64,000 nt of DNA from an uncultured Bacillota bacterium (GTDB taxonomy: Bacteria > Bacillota_I > Bacilli_A > RFN20 > CAG-826). Numbering within the stretch: position 1 is the stretch's first letter; each line of letters starts with the position of its first letter. Below, piece by piece: positions 1 through 9,416 of this stretch. A program made the translations under genes and the position numbers. Location of the stretch: assembly GCA_949293555.1 (NCBI GenBank), contig CASFDV010000001.1:12590-76589 (forward strand), written 5' to 3'. The notes below the pieces were generated by a model. The model had not been told where the DNA came from, searched no databases, and saw only the letters and a program-made list of their open reading frames with translations.

Positions 1-420
1 TCCGATGCGAAGGATCTCGTTGAGGGACCCGAACGTAGTCCCGGTATCCTGGGAATCCTTGTCCCCCAGGGGCGCCTTCTGCCACGCGTCGTTGGTCGAA
101 AGCTGGACGAACATGTATTCGAAGGACTCCGCCTCATGCTTCCTGAGCCTCGCAAGGTAGGAACGGTCATCCTTGTCGGCGAGCGTCGTCCCGTCCACCG
201 CCTCCTTCGTGAAGATCGCCCCGTCCATCCAATGGAAGCATTCCGGGAAGGCTTCCCCGAGGGACCCGTATCCCCTGGTGACAGAGCTCCCAAGGAAAAG
301 CATGCTCTCTCCCATAAGAGGGGAGGAAGGGTCTCCCTTGAGGGCAAGCGGGGAATACATCTTCCGGTTGCCGGGCAACAGGGACAGCGACATCTCGCGC
401 ATGACCATAGTGTCCCCCAT
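1..420 (-). CDS. SGNH/GDSL-type hydrolase (partial; the 3' end runs off the window start)
   Basis: Own minus-strand translation from ATG at 420-418: MGDTMVMREM...MLFLGSSVTRGYGS...VQLSTNDAW...GDKDSQDTGTTFGSLNEI. GDS(L)-like block I and GxND block III are present. RBS AAAGGAGAG lies upstream. It is not in the ORF track because no stop codon falls inside the window. Confidence 0.5.
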   Translation of the reverse strand, partial: MGDTMVMREMSLSLLPGNRKMYSPLALKGDPSSPLMGESMLFLGSSVTRGYGSLGEAFPECFHWMDGAIFTKEAVDGTTLADKDDRSYLARLRKHEAESFEYMFVQLSTNDAWQKAPLGDKDSQDTGTTFGSLNEILRIG

Positions 421-490
421 TCCCTCTCCTTTGGGAAGGATAAGGAAAGGGCTCCCCGCGAGGAGGAGCCCGACGATCCCTTCCTTAGGA

Positions 491-1036
491 TCAGTAGTTC
501 GTGGCGCGGAGCTCGAAGTAGCTCTGCGGATGGTTGCACACCGGGCAGATCTGAGGCGCGTACTTCCCGATGACGATGTGCCCGCAGTTGCGGCACTTCC
601 AGACGGCGTGGTCGCTGTCGCCGATGAAGACGACGCCGTTCTTCACGTTCTCGAGAAGCTTGAGGTAGCGCTCCTCGTGGTGCTTCTCGATGGCGCCGAC
701 CATCTCGAACTTGAGGGCGATCTCGTCGAAGCCCTCCTCGCGCGCGACCTTCGCGAAGGTGGCGTACATGTCGGTCCACTCGTAGTTCTCGCCCGCGGCG
801 GCCGCCTCGAGGTTCTCGATCGTGCCCTTGATGTCCCCGCCCTCGAGGTACTTGAACCAGAGCTTGGCGTGCTCCTTCTCGTTGTCGGCGGTCTCCTGGA
901 AGATCGCGGCGATCTGCTCGTAGCCTTCCTTCTTCGCCTTGCTCGCGAAGTAGGTGTACTTGTTGCGGGCCTGGCTCTCGCCGGCGAAGGCGGCCTGGAG
1001 GTTCTTCTCGGTCTGGGTTCCCTTGAGTGACTTCAT
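491..1036 (-). CDS. rbr: rubrerythrin
   Basis: [31 protein letters not shown]... diiron ferritin-like domain plus C-terminal rubredoxin-like CxxC...CxxC. AAGGAGACC RBS. ATG at 1036 overlaps the upstream stop (ATGA). Confidence 0.85.
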   Translation of the reverse strand: MKSLKGTQTEKNLQAAFAGESQARNKYTYFASKAKKEGYEQIAAIFQETADNEKEHAKLWFKYLEGGDIKGTIENLEAAAAGENYEWTDMYATFAKVAREEGFDEIALKFEMVGAIEKHHEERYLKLLENVKNGVVFIGDSDHAVWKCRNCGHIVIGKYAPQICPVCNHPQSYFELRATNY

Positions 1037-1902
1037 TTGCTTTCTGGTCTCCTTGTTGTTGTCTCGATTATAGGGTCCCCGGAACAAGAAGTGGAGGAAG
1101 ACGCTTCGGAAATCTTCTCCATAGGGACGTATTCGATGGACTCGTAGTTATCCAGGGAAGCGGCCTTCTCTTCCATGAAGGAACGGACCTCCTCCTCGAG
1201 GAGCCTCGTCCTTTCGGAGAGGGGCAGGCTCATGTCCGGAAGAAAGGGTCCCCCTAGATGGATGACGGGGGTGGGCGGAAGGAAACGGAGGACTTTCCTC
1301 CTCTTGTAAGTGGTGACGGCGGCGAGCACCGGGCGCCCCATCCTCGCGGGATAGACGAAGGCATGGGGGGCGAAGGGGCGGATGAAAGTGCAGCGGGGCC
1401 AGATGTGGGCCTCGGGGAAGACGAGGATGTCCTCGCCTTTCCCGACGTAGTGCTCGATCGCCTCCATGAAGTCCTTCCCCTGGCGGACGTCCTCCCCTGG
1501 AAGAGGGAGTCCCGCGAGGCAGCTCACGATCGAGCGGATCACGGGCTTGCTCACGGCTTCGCGGTTACAGATGATCCGCACCCTTTTCGGGAAGCCGATC
1601 GAGACGAGCGGGATCGTCACGTCCGCGAGGATCGCGGTGTGGTTCATATAAAGGAAGAGTCCACCTTTCTTCCGCACGGCGCGGAGCTTTTTCTTCCCCT
1701 TGACCCGGTAGAGCGTCCCGATCTTGAGGACAAGGAAGGCGAGGGGGATGGCGACGACGTAGTAAAGGAACCAGCTCCAGGCGCGATAGAAGGGGTTGGT
1801 CCGCACGTAGCGGTACCCATCCGGGAGGTCGACCCTCTTCCAGTCCTTGGTCGCGGCGAATTCCTGGGTCAGCGATTGGTAGTGGACGATCTTCTTAGGC
1901 AC
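1033..1902 (-). CDS. membrane lysophospholipid acyltransferase (PlsC/LPLAT family)
   Basis: N-terminal TM segment, NHTAILAD (HxnD-type) block, FPEAHIW (FPEG-like) block and RPVLAAV block. Translationally coupled to rbr. Confidence 0.55.
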   Translation of the reverse strand: MPKKIVHYQSLTQEFAATKDWKRVDLPDGYRYVRTNPFYRAWSWFLYYVVAIPLAFLVLKIGTLYRVKGKKKLRAVRKKGGLFLYMNHTAILADVTIPLVSIGFPKRVRIICNREAVSKPVIRSIVSCLAGLPLPGEDVRQGKDFMEAIEHYVGKGEDILVFPEAHIWPRCTFIRPFAPHAFVYPARMGRPVLAAVTTYKRRKVLRFLPPTPVIHLGGPFLPDMSLPLSERTRLLEEEVRSFMEEKAASLDNYESIEYVPMEKISEASSSTSCSGDPIIETTTRRPESK

Positions 1903-3073
1903 ACTTCTTCCGCGCGGCGTTCCGGCAGCGCGGCTCCTTTTTCGTGCGGGCGACTTCCTCGACCATCGCGACCATCTTCTTCATGGATTCGTCGATGGAC
2001 ATCCCTTCGGAGAAGCGGATGTACTGCTCCCTCGTGGTCTTGAGCACCTCCGGATGCTCGATCCACCAGTCGATCTTCCTCGCGAGGTCCCTGGGGTTGT
2101 TCATCGCGAAGAGGTTCTCCGGGTGGAGCGCATAGCTGCGGTTCCCGTTGTACGGGGAGTCGTTCATCACCGGTACCGCCCCGCAGGTCATCGCCTCGAG
2201 GCAGGCGACGGACTCGATCTCGACCTCGCTGGAGAGCACATAGAGGTCCGCCATGTTGAGGAGGTCGCTCATCTCCTCCCTTCCGAAAAGACGGAATATG
2301 GGGTTGAGCCCGTGGCGCTCGCTATAGCGCCTTAGCTCCTTCTCCTTCCTTCCCTGGCCGGGGAAGACGGGAAGGATCTCGTCCCTGTGCTTGGAATGGG
2401 TGAGCGCCTTGAGGAGGAGGATCTGCTTCTTCTCCTTCGAGTAGCGGCCCGTGCAGACGATGAGGAACTTCCCCTTCCACTCCTCGGGCCTCTCGACCTC
2501 GCGAGGGAGGAAATCCTTGGGGGTGCCGTTGCTGATGACGTACCCGTTCGTCTTATGCCCGCAGCTTCTCTCGAACATGTCGCGGATGAACTGGATGGGA
2601 TAGTGGACGGCGTCCACGTGCGCGTAGAAGTGCTTCCAGAAATCCTTGAAGAGTAGGTCGTTCCAGAAACGGGAGTTGAAGGTCCCCGCGAAATGGGCGG
2701 TGACGTTCTTCGGCTGGACATGGAAGCCGGCGGTCACTGGTATCCCGAAGGAGTTAGCCATCTTCACCGCGACCCTCCCCATAGGGAACGGCGCCATGAC
2801 ATGCACGAGATCGCTGCCCTTGAGGGCCCGCCCGATCTCCATCGCGTCAGGCTTCGCCATCACGATGCCGTTCTCGTCGACGATATGCTGGAAAGGCCCA
2901 ACGTTGATGGCGGGCAGCACGTAGTAGCCTTCCTTGTTCTTCTTGTCCTTGTCCGCGCAGAGGACCCGGACGGTATGCCCGGCGTCGCTCAGGGCTTGGA
3001 TGAGGTTCAGCGCGCAGATGGTGATCCCATTGCTCTGCTCCCCAAGGACGTCTGCGACCACGGTGACGATCAT
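1895..3073 (-). CDS. GT4-family glycosyltransferase (possible diacylglycerol glycosyltransferase / glycolipid synthase)
   Basis: GT-B fold features of the GT4 family: MIVTVVADVLGEQSNGITICALNLIQAL..., EX7E-like C-terminal region. Start taken at internal ATG 3073, which has a GGAGGAACC RBS. Overlaps the acyltransferase start. Confidence 0.7.
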   Translation of the reverse strand: MIVTVVADVLGEQSNGITICALNLIQALSDAGHTVRVLCADKDKKNKEGYYVLPAINVGPFQHIVDENGIVMAKPDAMEIGRALKGSDLVHVMAPFPMGRVAVKMANSFGIPVTAGFHVQPKNVTAHFAGTFNSRFWNDLLFKDFWKHFYAHVDAVHYPIQFIRDMFERSCGHKTNGYVISNGTPKDFLPREVERPEEWKGKFLIVCTGRYSKEKKQILLLKALTHSKHRDEILPVFPGQGRKEKELRRYSERHGLNPIFRLFGREEMSDLLNMADLYVLSSEVEIESVACLEAMTCGAVPVMNDSPYNGNRSYALHPENLFAMNNPRDLARKIDWWIEHPEVLKTTREQYIRFSEGMSIDESMKKMVAMVEEVARTKKEPRCRNAARKKCA

Positions 3074-3405
3074 AAAGGTTCCTCCACGAAGGACATCGTA
3101 ATGTAACGGTGCCCTCAGTCCCATGAACGGCAGGATAGAAAGACAAGAGAAAACTCTACTTAGACAATCGTTTTTGTAGAGAGACAGGAAAACACCCCAG
3201 TGCCTCGCGGGAAAAACATATTCTCCAAACTGGAGAGTCTATGAGTTCCAACTCTAAGGAAATCGCTATGGGCCAGGCTTCCTCCTCGAGAAGCAACGCA
3301 GACCTGCGGCTATGGAAAATCCCGATTCACGCAATCCCTGCAGGGCCTTGTAAGCGGACAGGGCAATGCTCCCTTCGTCGTCTTGCTTGAAGAGGGAGGC
3401 TTCAT

Positions 3406-3434
3406 GCGAAACAAAAGCCCGGCCGGAGCCGGGC
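3406..3434 (-). terminator. intrinsic terminator downstream of tRNA-fMet
   Basis: Minus-strand RNA forms a GCCCGGCUCCGGCCGGGC hairpin followed by UUUUGUUU. Confidence 0.4.
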
Positions 3435-3444
3435 GTGTTCCCTT

Positions 3445-3521
3445 TGGTTGCGGGGGATGGATTTGAACCACCGGCCTTCAGGTTATGGGCCTGACGAGCT
3501 ACCAGGCTGCTCTACCCCGCG
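3445..3521 (-). tRNA. tRNA-Met (CAT), initiator type
   Basis: Reverse complement is CGCGGGGTAGAGCAGCCTGGTAGCTCGTCAGGCCCATAACCTGAAGGCCGGTGGTTCAAATCCATCCCCCGCAACCA. It has a C1:A72 mismatch at the top of the acceptor stem, a CAT anticodon, close similarity to E. coli tRNA-fMet, and an encoded CCA. Confidence 0.85.
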
Positions 3522-4385
3522 ACAACGCCTTCTTTCGAAAGCCCAGCGAGTTTATACCTCGCCCCTGGCCGACGCAACCCCCCAACTTGACGAAAGTGAG
3601 GCCGCCTTAAGCAGGGCGGCCAAGGGCAAAGGCCGCAAGGAAAGGGTTGGCAACCGGCCAAAGTGCCTCTTCCTTTGCTTCACGGGCGATTGTCGAGATT
3701 CCAAAGGATATCCCACCCTTCAGGCTTGGCGCTGGCACAGCAACGGGTCAAATAGGTATCGCAGCCCCTGAAGGCCAGCGGGCCGATACAAGAGAGACAA
3801 TGGAATCTTGATCTCGAGAAGTCTGGCGCTGCTCCCAAAAGTCGAAGAGAGGATTGACTTGAGCGAGGAGGAAGGCTTCTCGGACTCAAGGCGCACGCGC
3901 CTATCGCAAGGCGAAGGACTCGATGATGGTCAACGACCCGGGAATCGCAACGGTCTTCAAGCCGAGGTCATGCCAGAATGCTGCGTTGCGAACAGTGATC
4001 CCCGGAACTTTCGCCACCATAAGGGACCCATGACGGAATGTCCGGAGAAGATCACCTTTGAGGCCCTTCCTATAGTGCCTTGAGGTGTTCTGGATGTCCG
4101 CGGAAGGTTTCGAAGGCGTCGTCCTATTCCCCGCCAAGAAGCATCATTTCGGTATGCCAGCCGTTGCCCTGATGTCGTTATCTCCAAGGGAAAGCGCATG
4201 AGCGGCAGTTTCTCCTCGAAGCCCTCCGGCTCCGCGGAAAAGCCTCTTTTCTCGTCTTTGAAAATCAAGAATCCGAAGCCTTTGCACGGGATTGCGGAAA
4301 CCGCGTCCTTCGTTTCGTTCATAAGCGCCTCTAACAAGGCTGGACTTGGCAGACATTAGGAAACCCGAACAATGTCTCTAACAGG

Positions 4386-4718
4386 CTAGATCTTCTTCAG
4401 GCGGTCGTACTTGAGGGCCGATCCCCTGGCAAGCTCCGGAGGATACTTCTCCCGGTTCTTTTGCATCTTCTTTTGAAACGCCTCGACGGGGTCGATGCCC
4501 ATCTTGTCGAAGAGCTGGAGAAGATAGGCGAGGACGTCGGAGGCCTCCTCCGCGACACGTTCCTTGTCGGCCTCGCCCGACCACTGGAAGCATTCGAGCA
4601 GCTCCCCCGCCTCGATGGCGACGGACTTGGCAAGGTTCTCCGGGGAATGGAACTGGTCCCAGTCCCTTTCCGCGGTGAACTCCCGAAGATCCTGGATCAT
4701 GTCCTTGATATCGCTCAT
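4386..4718 (-). CDS. MazG-like nucleotide pyrophosphohydrolase (small all-alpha NTP-PPase)
   Basis: MSDIKDMIQDLREFTAERDWDQFHSPENLAKSVAIEAGELLECFQW...EEASDVLAYLLQL, with the ExxE/ExxD metal-binding motifs. Start taken at internal ATG 4718. Confidence 0.6.
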   Translation of the reverse strand: MSDIKDMIQDLREFTAERDWDQFHSPENLAKSVAIEAGELLECFQWSGEADKERVAEEASDVLAYLLQLFDKMGIDPVEAFQKKMQKNREKYPPELARGSALKYDRLKKI

Positions 4719-4780
4719 GGGGACACTATATAGCGAGATGACTGCGGAAGTGACATCGCCATCGATATAATGGCTCCAGC

Positions 4781-5551
4781 ATGAAATTCGCCACATTCAA
4801 CGTGAATGGCATCCGCGCGATCCTCGGGAAGGGGTTCGCGGATGCCTTCCGCGCGATCGACGCGGACCTCTTCGCCCTCAACGAGACCAAGTGGAGCGAC
4901 GACTCCCCTGGCTCATTCCCCTTCCAGCCGGAGGGGTACGAGACCTACTTCACGAACTCCAAGGCCAGGAAGGGCTACTCCGGGGTCGCCGTGTTCGCAA
5001 GAAATAGGCCGCTATCCGTCCATTACGGGCTCCTCGACGGGAAGTATGACGAAGAAGGGAGGGTGATCACCCTTGAGTATCCTGCCTTCTATTTCGTCGC
5101 CGCCTATGTCCCCAACGCTGGAGACGGGCTGAAGAGGCTTTCCTTCCGGATGCAGTACGAGCTTGATCTGCTTGATTACCTAAATGCGCTGAAATCGAAA
5201 AAAGAAGTCATCTATTGCGGGGATTTGAACGTCGCCCACGAACCGATTGACCTAAGGAACCCAAAGCAGAACGAAGGAAATCCCGGCTACACGAAGGAAG
5301 AAAGGGACTCCTTCTCGCGCCTCCTCCAGAACGGCTACCACGACGTCTGGAGGGAACGCAATCCCGACCGGGCCCAGTACAGCTGGTGGAGCTATCGCTT
5401 CCACGCCCGCGAGAAGAACATTGGCTGGAGGATCGACTACTTCGTCCTGACCGAAGGGCTCGTCCCCCTCGTCAGGGACATCCGGATACTGGACGAAGTG
5501 ATGGGCTCCGACCACTGCCCGGTCGTAATGGAGGCGGACATCGATGCTTGA
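4781..5551 (+). CDS. xth: exodeoxyribonuclease III
   Basis: MKFATFNVNGIRA...AYVPNAGDGL...YCGDLNVAHEPIDL...WWSYRFHAREKNIGWRIDYFV...SDHCPV. Classic EEP/ExoIII motifs. Confidence 0.85.
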   Translation: MKFATFNVNGIRAILGKGFADAFRAIDADLFALNETKWSDDSPGSFPFQPEGYETYFTNSKARKGYSGVAVFARNRPLSVHYGLLDGKYDEEGRVITLEYPAFYFVAAYVPNAGDGLKRLSFRMQYELDLLDYLNALKSKKEVIYCGDLNVAHEPIDLRNPKQNEGNPGYTKEERDSFSRLLQNGYHDVWRERNPDRAQYSWWSYRFHAREKNIGWRIDYFVLTEGLVPLVRDIRILDEVMGSDHCPVVMEADIDA

Positions 5552-6959
5552 GCGTATCTTCCATCTGAAGGAAAGGGGCTCTTCCCTCAAGGGAGAGCTT
5601 ATCGGAGGACTCGTCACCTTCGCCTCCATCGTCTACATCCTCCCGGTGAACGCCGCCCTCCTATCGAGCACCGGGATGGACTCCGGCGGCGTCTTCTTCG
5701 CGACCGCTCTCGTGAGCTTCCTCTGCTGCCTTCTCATGGGCTTCCTGGCGAACTACCCGCTCGCCCTGAGCGCCGGCATGGGGATGAACGCCTATCTCAG
5801 CTACACCATCTGCGGAACGATGGGCTTCGACTGGATCGAGGCGATGATGCTCCTCACCGTGAACGGAGCCCTCTTCATGGTCCTCACCCTCACCCCGCTC
5901 CGCGCTTGGATCGTGAACGCGATCCCCAAGGGACTTCGCTCGGCGATCTCGATCGGGCTAGGAGGATTCATCCTCTTCGTCGGACTCCAGGGCGCGGGGA
6001 TCATCGCCGACAGCAGCACACTCGTGACCCTCGGGGACTTCAGTTCCCCCGGGGTGCTCCTGGCCTCCTTCGGGATTCTCCTCGCCGCCGGGCTCATGGC
6101 GTTCAAGAAGATTCCCCTCCTCTCACAACTGGCAATTCCTATCTCGATCGTCGTGACCGCGCTCGTCGGGGTCATCGCCTCCTTGAGCCTCGGGGCCTCG
6201 GGGAGAGGCGAGTTCGCCGCCCTTTCGGGCCTTCCTCTCGCCCCTTGGGAAGACCCTTCCGCCTTCTGGGGCGTGAGCGGATTCGACAAGGTGCTCTTCT
6301 TCGGGGCGCTGGATCCCGCCAACGGAAGCGTCGACTACGGGGAGAAGATCGTCTCGCTCCTTGCCAATCCCCAGACCTACGTCGCCGTCTTCACCCTCAT
6401 CTTCGTCAACATGTTCGACACGACCGCGACGATGCTCACCGCCGGGAAGCACTGCGGGCTCATCGGGGAGGACGGGGAACTGAAGGGAGGGAGGAAGGCG
6501 ATGGTCGCCGATGCCTTCGGCGCCCTCGTCTGCGGTCCCCTGGGCACCTCCACGGTCACCTCATTCGCCGAGTCCACCATCGGCATCTCCCTCGGGGCCA
6601 AGACCGGGTTGAGCGCCGTCCTCGCCGGCTTCCTCTTCCTCGTCTCGGGGCTCGCCTTCCCCATCTTCTCCGTCTTCTCCTATAGCTCGGTGAACGCGGT
6701 CGCCCTCGCCGGCGTCGGCCTCCTCATCATGTCGGGCTCCCTTCCCGAGCTTGCCAAGGAAGACGCGACAACCCTTGTCTCGGGCATCCTCCTCTTCCTT
6801 TCGATGATCCTGACCTATTCCCTCTCGAACGGCCTCGCGATCGGGATCCTCTGCTACATCGTGATGCGCCTCTTCGAGGGAAAGGCGAAGGAAATCTCGA
6901 TCCCCGTCTACGTGATGGGGGCGATCTTCCTTGCGAGCTTCGTCATCTCCTCCCTATAG
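5544..6959 (+). CDS. NCS2 (AzgA/PbuG-type) purine permease (hypoxanthine/guanine/adenine)
   Basis: MLERIFHLKERGSSLKGELIGGLVTFASIVYILPVNAALLS..., typical PbuG/AzgA N-terminus with 12-14 TM segments. Overlaps the xth stop by 8 nt. Confidence 0.8.
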   Translation: MLERIFHLKERGSSLKGELIGGLVTFASIVYILPVNAALLSSTGMDSGGVFFATALVSFLCCLLMGFLANYPLALSAGMGMNAYLSYTICGTMGFDWIEAMMLLTVNGALFMVLTLTPLRAWIVNAIPKGLRSAISIGLGGFILFVGLQGAGIIADSSTLVTLGDFSSPGVLLASFGILLAAGLMAFKKIPLLSQLAIPISIVVTALVGVIASLSLGASGRGEFAALSGLPLAPWEDPSAFWGVSGFDKVLFFGALDPANGSVDYGEKIVSLLANPQTYVAVFTLIFVNMFDTTATMLTAGKHCGLIGEDGELKGGRKAMVADAFGALVCGPLGTSTVTSFAESTIGISLGAKTGLSAVLAGFLFLVSGLAFPIFSVFSYSSVNAVALAGVGLLIMSGSLPELAKEDATTLVSGILLFLSMILTYSLSNGLAIGILCYIVMRLFEGKAKEISIPVYVMGAIFLASFVISSL

Positions 6960-7014
6960 GAAGGCTTGGCAATGGAAAAGGCGGGGACAGCCTTCCCCGC
7001 CTTTCCTTTGCCCG

Positions 7015-8064
7015 TCAATCGTTGACCAGGGTGATGGTGGGCGACACCCCCGGGGTCTCGAGCAGGAGGAAACCGTCCAGGAGCTCGTTCCTCGCCCCTC
7101 CCACGTTCTGGCCGACCCAGTCGTTCACGTGGAGCCCGACCATCGTGGTCGCCCTGTCGGGATAGTAGGCGGCGCTCACGAGGTAGGTGTGTCCCACCGC
7201 ATAGTCGAAGGAGTAGGTCCCGTCCTGCAGCTCGTCGAGCCACACGGTGTGGATCTCCTTCGTGCTGGAGCCGTAGATGTAGTCCTGGTCGCTGATGTTC
7301 ACGAAGACGTCGGTGTCGTAGGAGGAGCGGTTCTCGAAGGTGACCTCGACCTCCATCGTCTCAATCTCGAGCTCCCCGTAGGGGACGACCTCGATCTTGC
7401 GGATGAGGGTCCCGAGGCTGCTGTTGTTGGGGTCGAGGTGCAAATAGACGAGGCACTCCCCTGCCTTCACCTGCTTGAGGTCGACCTCGAGGTAGCCGCC
7501 GACGATGGAGTTCCCCGTGGAAGCGGTCACCGGGACGAAGTCGATCGCGTCCAGGGGGATGACCTCGGGGTCGCTCACGTCGATGGTCGCCTCGACGGAA
7601 CTGACATAGGTCCCGGAGCTGATGTTATGGAAAGCAAGGGGGATGTCCGTGGCCACGTCCCAGCTCGCCCCCTTGTCCGCCTCGCTCGCCTCGGAGATCC
7701 TCCCGTCGAAGGAAGCGCCCCACGAGAGGTTGTCGTCGGGGTCGTCGTAGCTCTCGACGAGGCTCGTCTCCACGGTGATGAGGACGTCCTCGGAAGGCAT
7801 CGTGAAGCGGTAGCCAATCCCCGTGTCGAAGATCTCCTCCCCGTTCATGTAAACGGCGTCCACCGAATGGAAGACGCTGACGATGTCGAGGTCGAAGTAG
7901 ACGGGATCCCCCTCCATCGCGCTTTCGGGAAGGTTCGTGATGAGGTATCCCTCCCCCTCCTCCCAGTCGATGGCGTGGCGCGGGGCGCTGGAGATCTCCT
8001 CCCCGCCACAGGAAGCGAGGGCGAGGAGAGGGATGAGGCATGCTAGGACGGCGTTCTTGCGCAT
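7015..8064 (-). CDS. acidic lipoprotein of unknown function
   Basis: Signal peptide plus lipobox LALASCGG. Highly Asp/Glu-rich mature region. No recognisable catalytic motif. Confidence 0.55.
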   Translation of the reverse strand: MRKNAVLACLIPLLALASCGGEEISSAPRHAIDWEEGEGYLITNLPESAMEGDPVYFDLDIVSVFHSVDAVYMNGEEIFDTGIGYRFTMPSEDVLITVETSLVESYDDPDDNLSWGASFDGRISEASEADKGASWDVATDIPLAFHNISSGTYVSSVEATIDVSDPEVIPLDAIDFVPVTASTGNSIVGGYLEVDLKQVKAGECLVYLHLDPNNSSLGTLIRKIEVVPYGELEIETMEVEVTFENRSSYDTDVFVNISDQDYIYGSSTKEIHTVWLDELQDGTYSFDYAVGHTYLVSAAYYPDRATTMVGLHVNDWVGQNVGGARNELLDGFLLLETPGVSPTITLVND

Positions 8065-8130
8065 AAATGGTCCTCCAGTGCCCCCATTATATCTTCAGGG
8101 ACGAATTCTCCTTACCCTATAATCGGGCGC

Positions 8131-8922
8131 ATGGACAGCATCAAGGCAATCTTCCTCGACTTCGACTGGACGCTTTTCGACCACAAGACCAGGAGTTTCA
8201 ACGAAGCGGGCGTCAAGACGCTCAACGAGGCTCACGAGAAGGGAATCCTCCTCATCATCGACTCGGCGAGGACCTACCACTCTCTCCGGGGGCTCGGGAC
8301 GTTCGGAAAGATCCCCTTCGACGGGTTCGTCGTCTCCAACGGAGGGGCCGCCTTCACCAAGGAAGGAATCCTGTACGCGGACTACATGAAGGACGATGCG
8401 CGGGACGACATCCTCCGCTACCTGGACGGAAGGGGGATTGGCTATAACCTCATCTGCCTCGAGGACACGTTCATCAAGGAACGGGACCAAAAGGTCATCA
8501 AGGACTTCTACTCTGTCTGGTACGAGCCCTATCCCCTTCCGATCGTTGAATGGAAGGGAGAGAGGGCGCTTGCGATCCAGGCGCTCATGCGAGAGGAGGA
8601 AGACCCGGGGCTCCTCGCCCTCTGCCAGAAGCATGGGATCCGCTTCAGCCGCTTCGCCGAGAACGCCGTGGAGCTTACCGGGACGGAGTTCCTCAAGAGC
8701 AAGGGAGTCGAGACAATGTACCGCCACCTCGGGCTGAGGCCTGAGGAAGCCATGGCCTTCGGCGACGATTTGAACGACATCCCGATGTTCCGGATGGTGA
8801 AGTACGGGATCTGCCTCGGGAACGGCAAGGAGGAAGCCAAGAAGGCGGCCTACTACGTTACCGACGCGATCGAGAAAGACGGGCTTGCCAAGGCGCTCCG
8901 CCATTTCGGAGTCGTTTCCTAG
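8131..8922 (+). CDS. Cof-type HAD-IIB hydrolase (sugar-phosphatase-like)
   Basis: IFLDFDWTLFD (DxD motif I)...SNGG...GDDLNDIPMF (motif IV). Confidence 0.8.
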   Translation: MDSIKAIFLDFDWTLFDHKTRSFNEAGVKTLNEAHEKGILLIIDSARTYHSLRGLGTFGKIPFDGFVVSNGGAAFTKEGILYADYMKDDARDDILRYLDGRGIGYNLICLEDTFIKERDQKVIKDFYSVWYEPYPLPIVEWKGERALAIQALMREEEDPGLLALCQKHGIRFSRFAENAVELTGTEFLKSKGVETMYRHLGLRPEEAMAFGDDLNDIPMFRMVKYGICLGNGKEEAKKAAYYVTDAIEKDGLAKALRHFGVVS

Positions 8923-9213
8923 GAAGGGCAACCCTTCCTCTGGATAACTGTCATTCGCTCGGGAATGAGGCGCTTTAATCCTAGGAGTTACTTAAGGCCT
9001 CTAGGAATTCCATAAAAAGAACTGCTTTCTGCAGGTATTCTTGGAAATTACGCGAGGCCTGCTATCAAGGGAAACCCATCAGGCGACGTCGGGAAGGACG
9101 GGGAGCAAGGCATGTTTCCAAGCGCATGCCCCTGGAACCCGCTTCCCAATGCCAGGCATGCCCATTAATCCGAAGAACAGGGCCCGAGGCGCAAACGAAT
9201 GGTCAAGGTCCGC

Positions 9214-9237
9214 TTAACGAAAAACCCCTTGCGGGGC
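9214..9237 (-). terminator. intrinsic terminator downstream of tRNA-Ser
   Basis: Minus-strand RNA forms a CCCCGCAAGGGG hairpin followed by UUUUUCGUU. Confidence 0.4.
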
Positions 9238-9246
9238 AATTCGTCG

Positions 9247-9337
9247 TGGCGGAGGCAGGGAGATTCGAACTCCCGCCGGGCAAGGACCCGCTTCCGGTTT
9301 TCAAGACCGGCCCCTTCAGCCGCTTGGGTATGCCTCC
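9247..9337 (-). tRNA. tRNA-Ser (TGA)
   Basis: Reverse complement is GGAGGCATACCCAAGCGGCTGAAGGGGCCGGTCTTGAAAACCGGAAGCGGGTCCTTGCCCGGCGGGAGTTCGAATCTCCCTGCCTCCGCCA. Long variable arm, TGA anticodon, similar to E. coli serT. Confidence 0.85.
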
Positions 9338-9416
9338 GTCCCGGGGATTATAGCCAAGCCTTCCCATCCTGTCCCGGAGGAGAGGATAATGCCTCCCGTT
9401 TCAGGAGGGCGGCCGG

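Noticed and set aside
173-1030. Long plus-strand ORFs overlapping clear minus-strand genes throughout the window. Examples: 173..1030, 1258..2043, 6931..8046, 26171..27667, 27926..29230, 29182..30279, 30312..31610, 37245..38726, 41333..42613, 42710..43951, 50698..51645, 51602..52555, 53603..55474, 55666..57756.
   Set aside because: Their translations are low-complexity Arg/Gly/Pro/Ala/Asp/Glu-rich with no recognisable motifs. They lie antisense to ORFs with unmistakable homologs (rubrerythrin, RnfG, RnfD, RnfC, LeuS, GlgA, PriA and others). They are typical stop-codon-poor antisense frames of GC-rich DNA.
3551-3577. Promoter for tRNA-fMet (TTGCGT, 15 nt, TATAAA on the minus strand).
   Set aside because: The spacer is short and the -10 element lies about 30 nt from the mature 5' end. 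Plausible but too weak to list as a feature.
3522-4385. RNase P RNA, tmRNA or SRP RNA in the ORF-poor region next to tRNA-fMet.
   Set aside because: I compared the sequence by eye on both strands with the conserved GGAAAGUCCGGGC / ACAGAAnCCGGCUUA (RNase P), tRNA-like CCACCA end plus tag ORF (tmRNA), and GUCCGGAAGGAAGCAGC (SRP) blocks. There was only a weak partial resemblance (GTCCGGAGAAGATCACC at about 4040), not enough to call.
5500-5560. Purine riboswitch expected upstream of the PbuG-type permease gene.
   Set aside because: The permease start overlaps the xth stop by 8 nt, so there is no leader at all. The gene is probably co-transcribed with xth.
9338-9416. Possible yybP-ykoY (Mn2+) riboswitch upstream of mntP.
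   Set aside because: Only about 79 nt separate the tRNA-Ser 5' end from the mntP start. I could not find the conserved GGGGAGUAG / CAUCUCU-type blocks or the four-way junction architecture. Probably just a promoter plus RBS.
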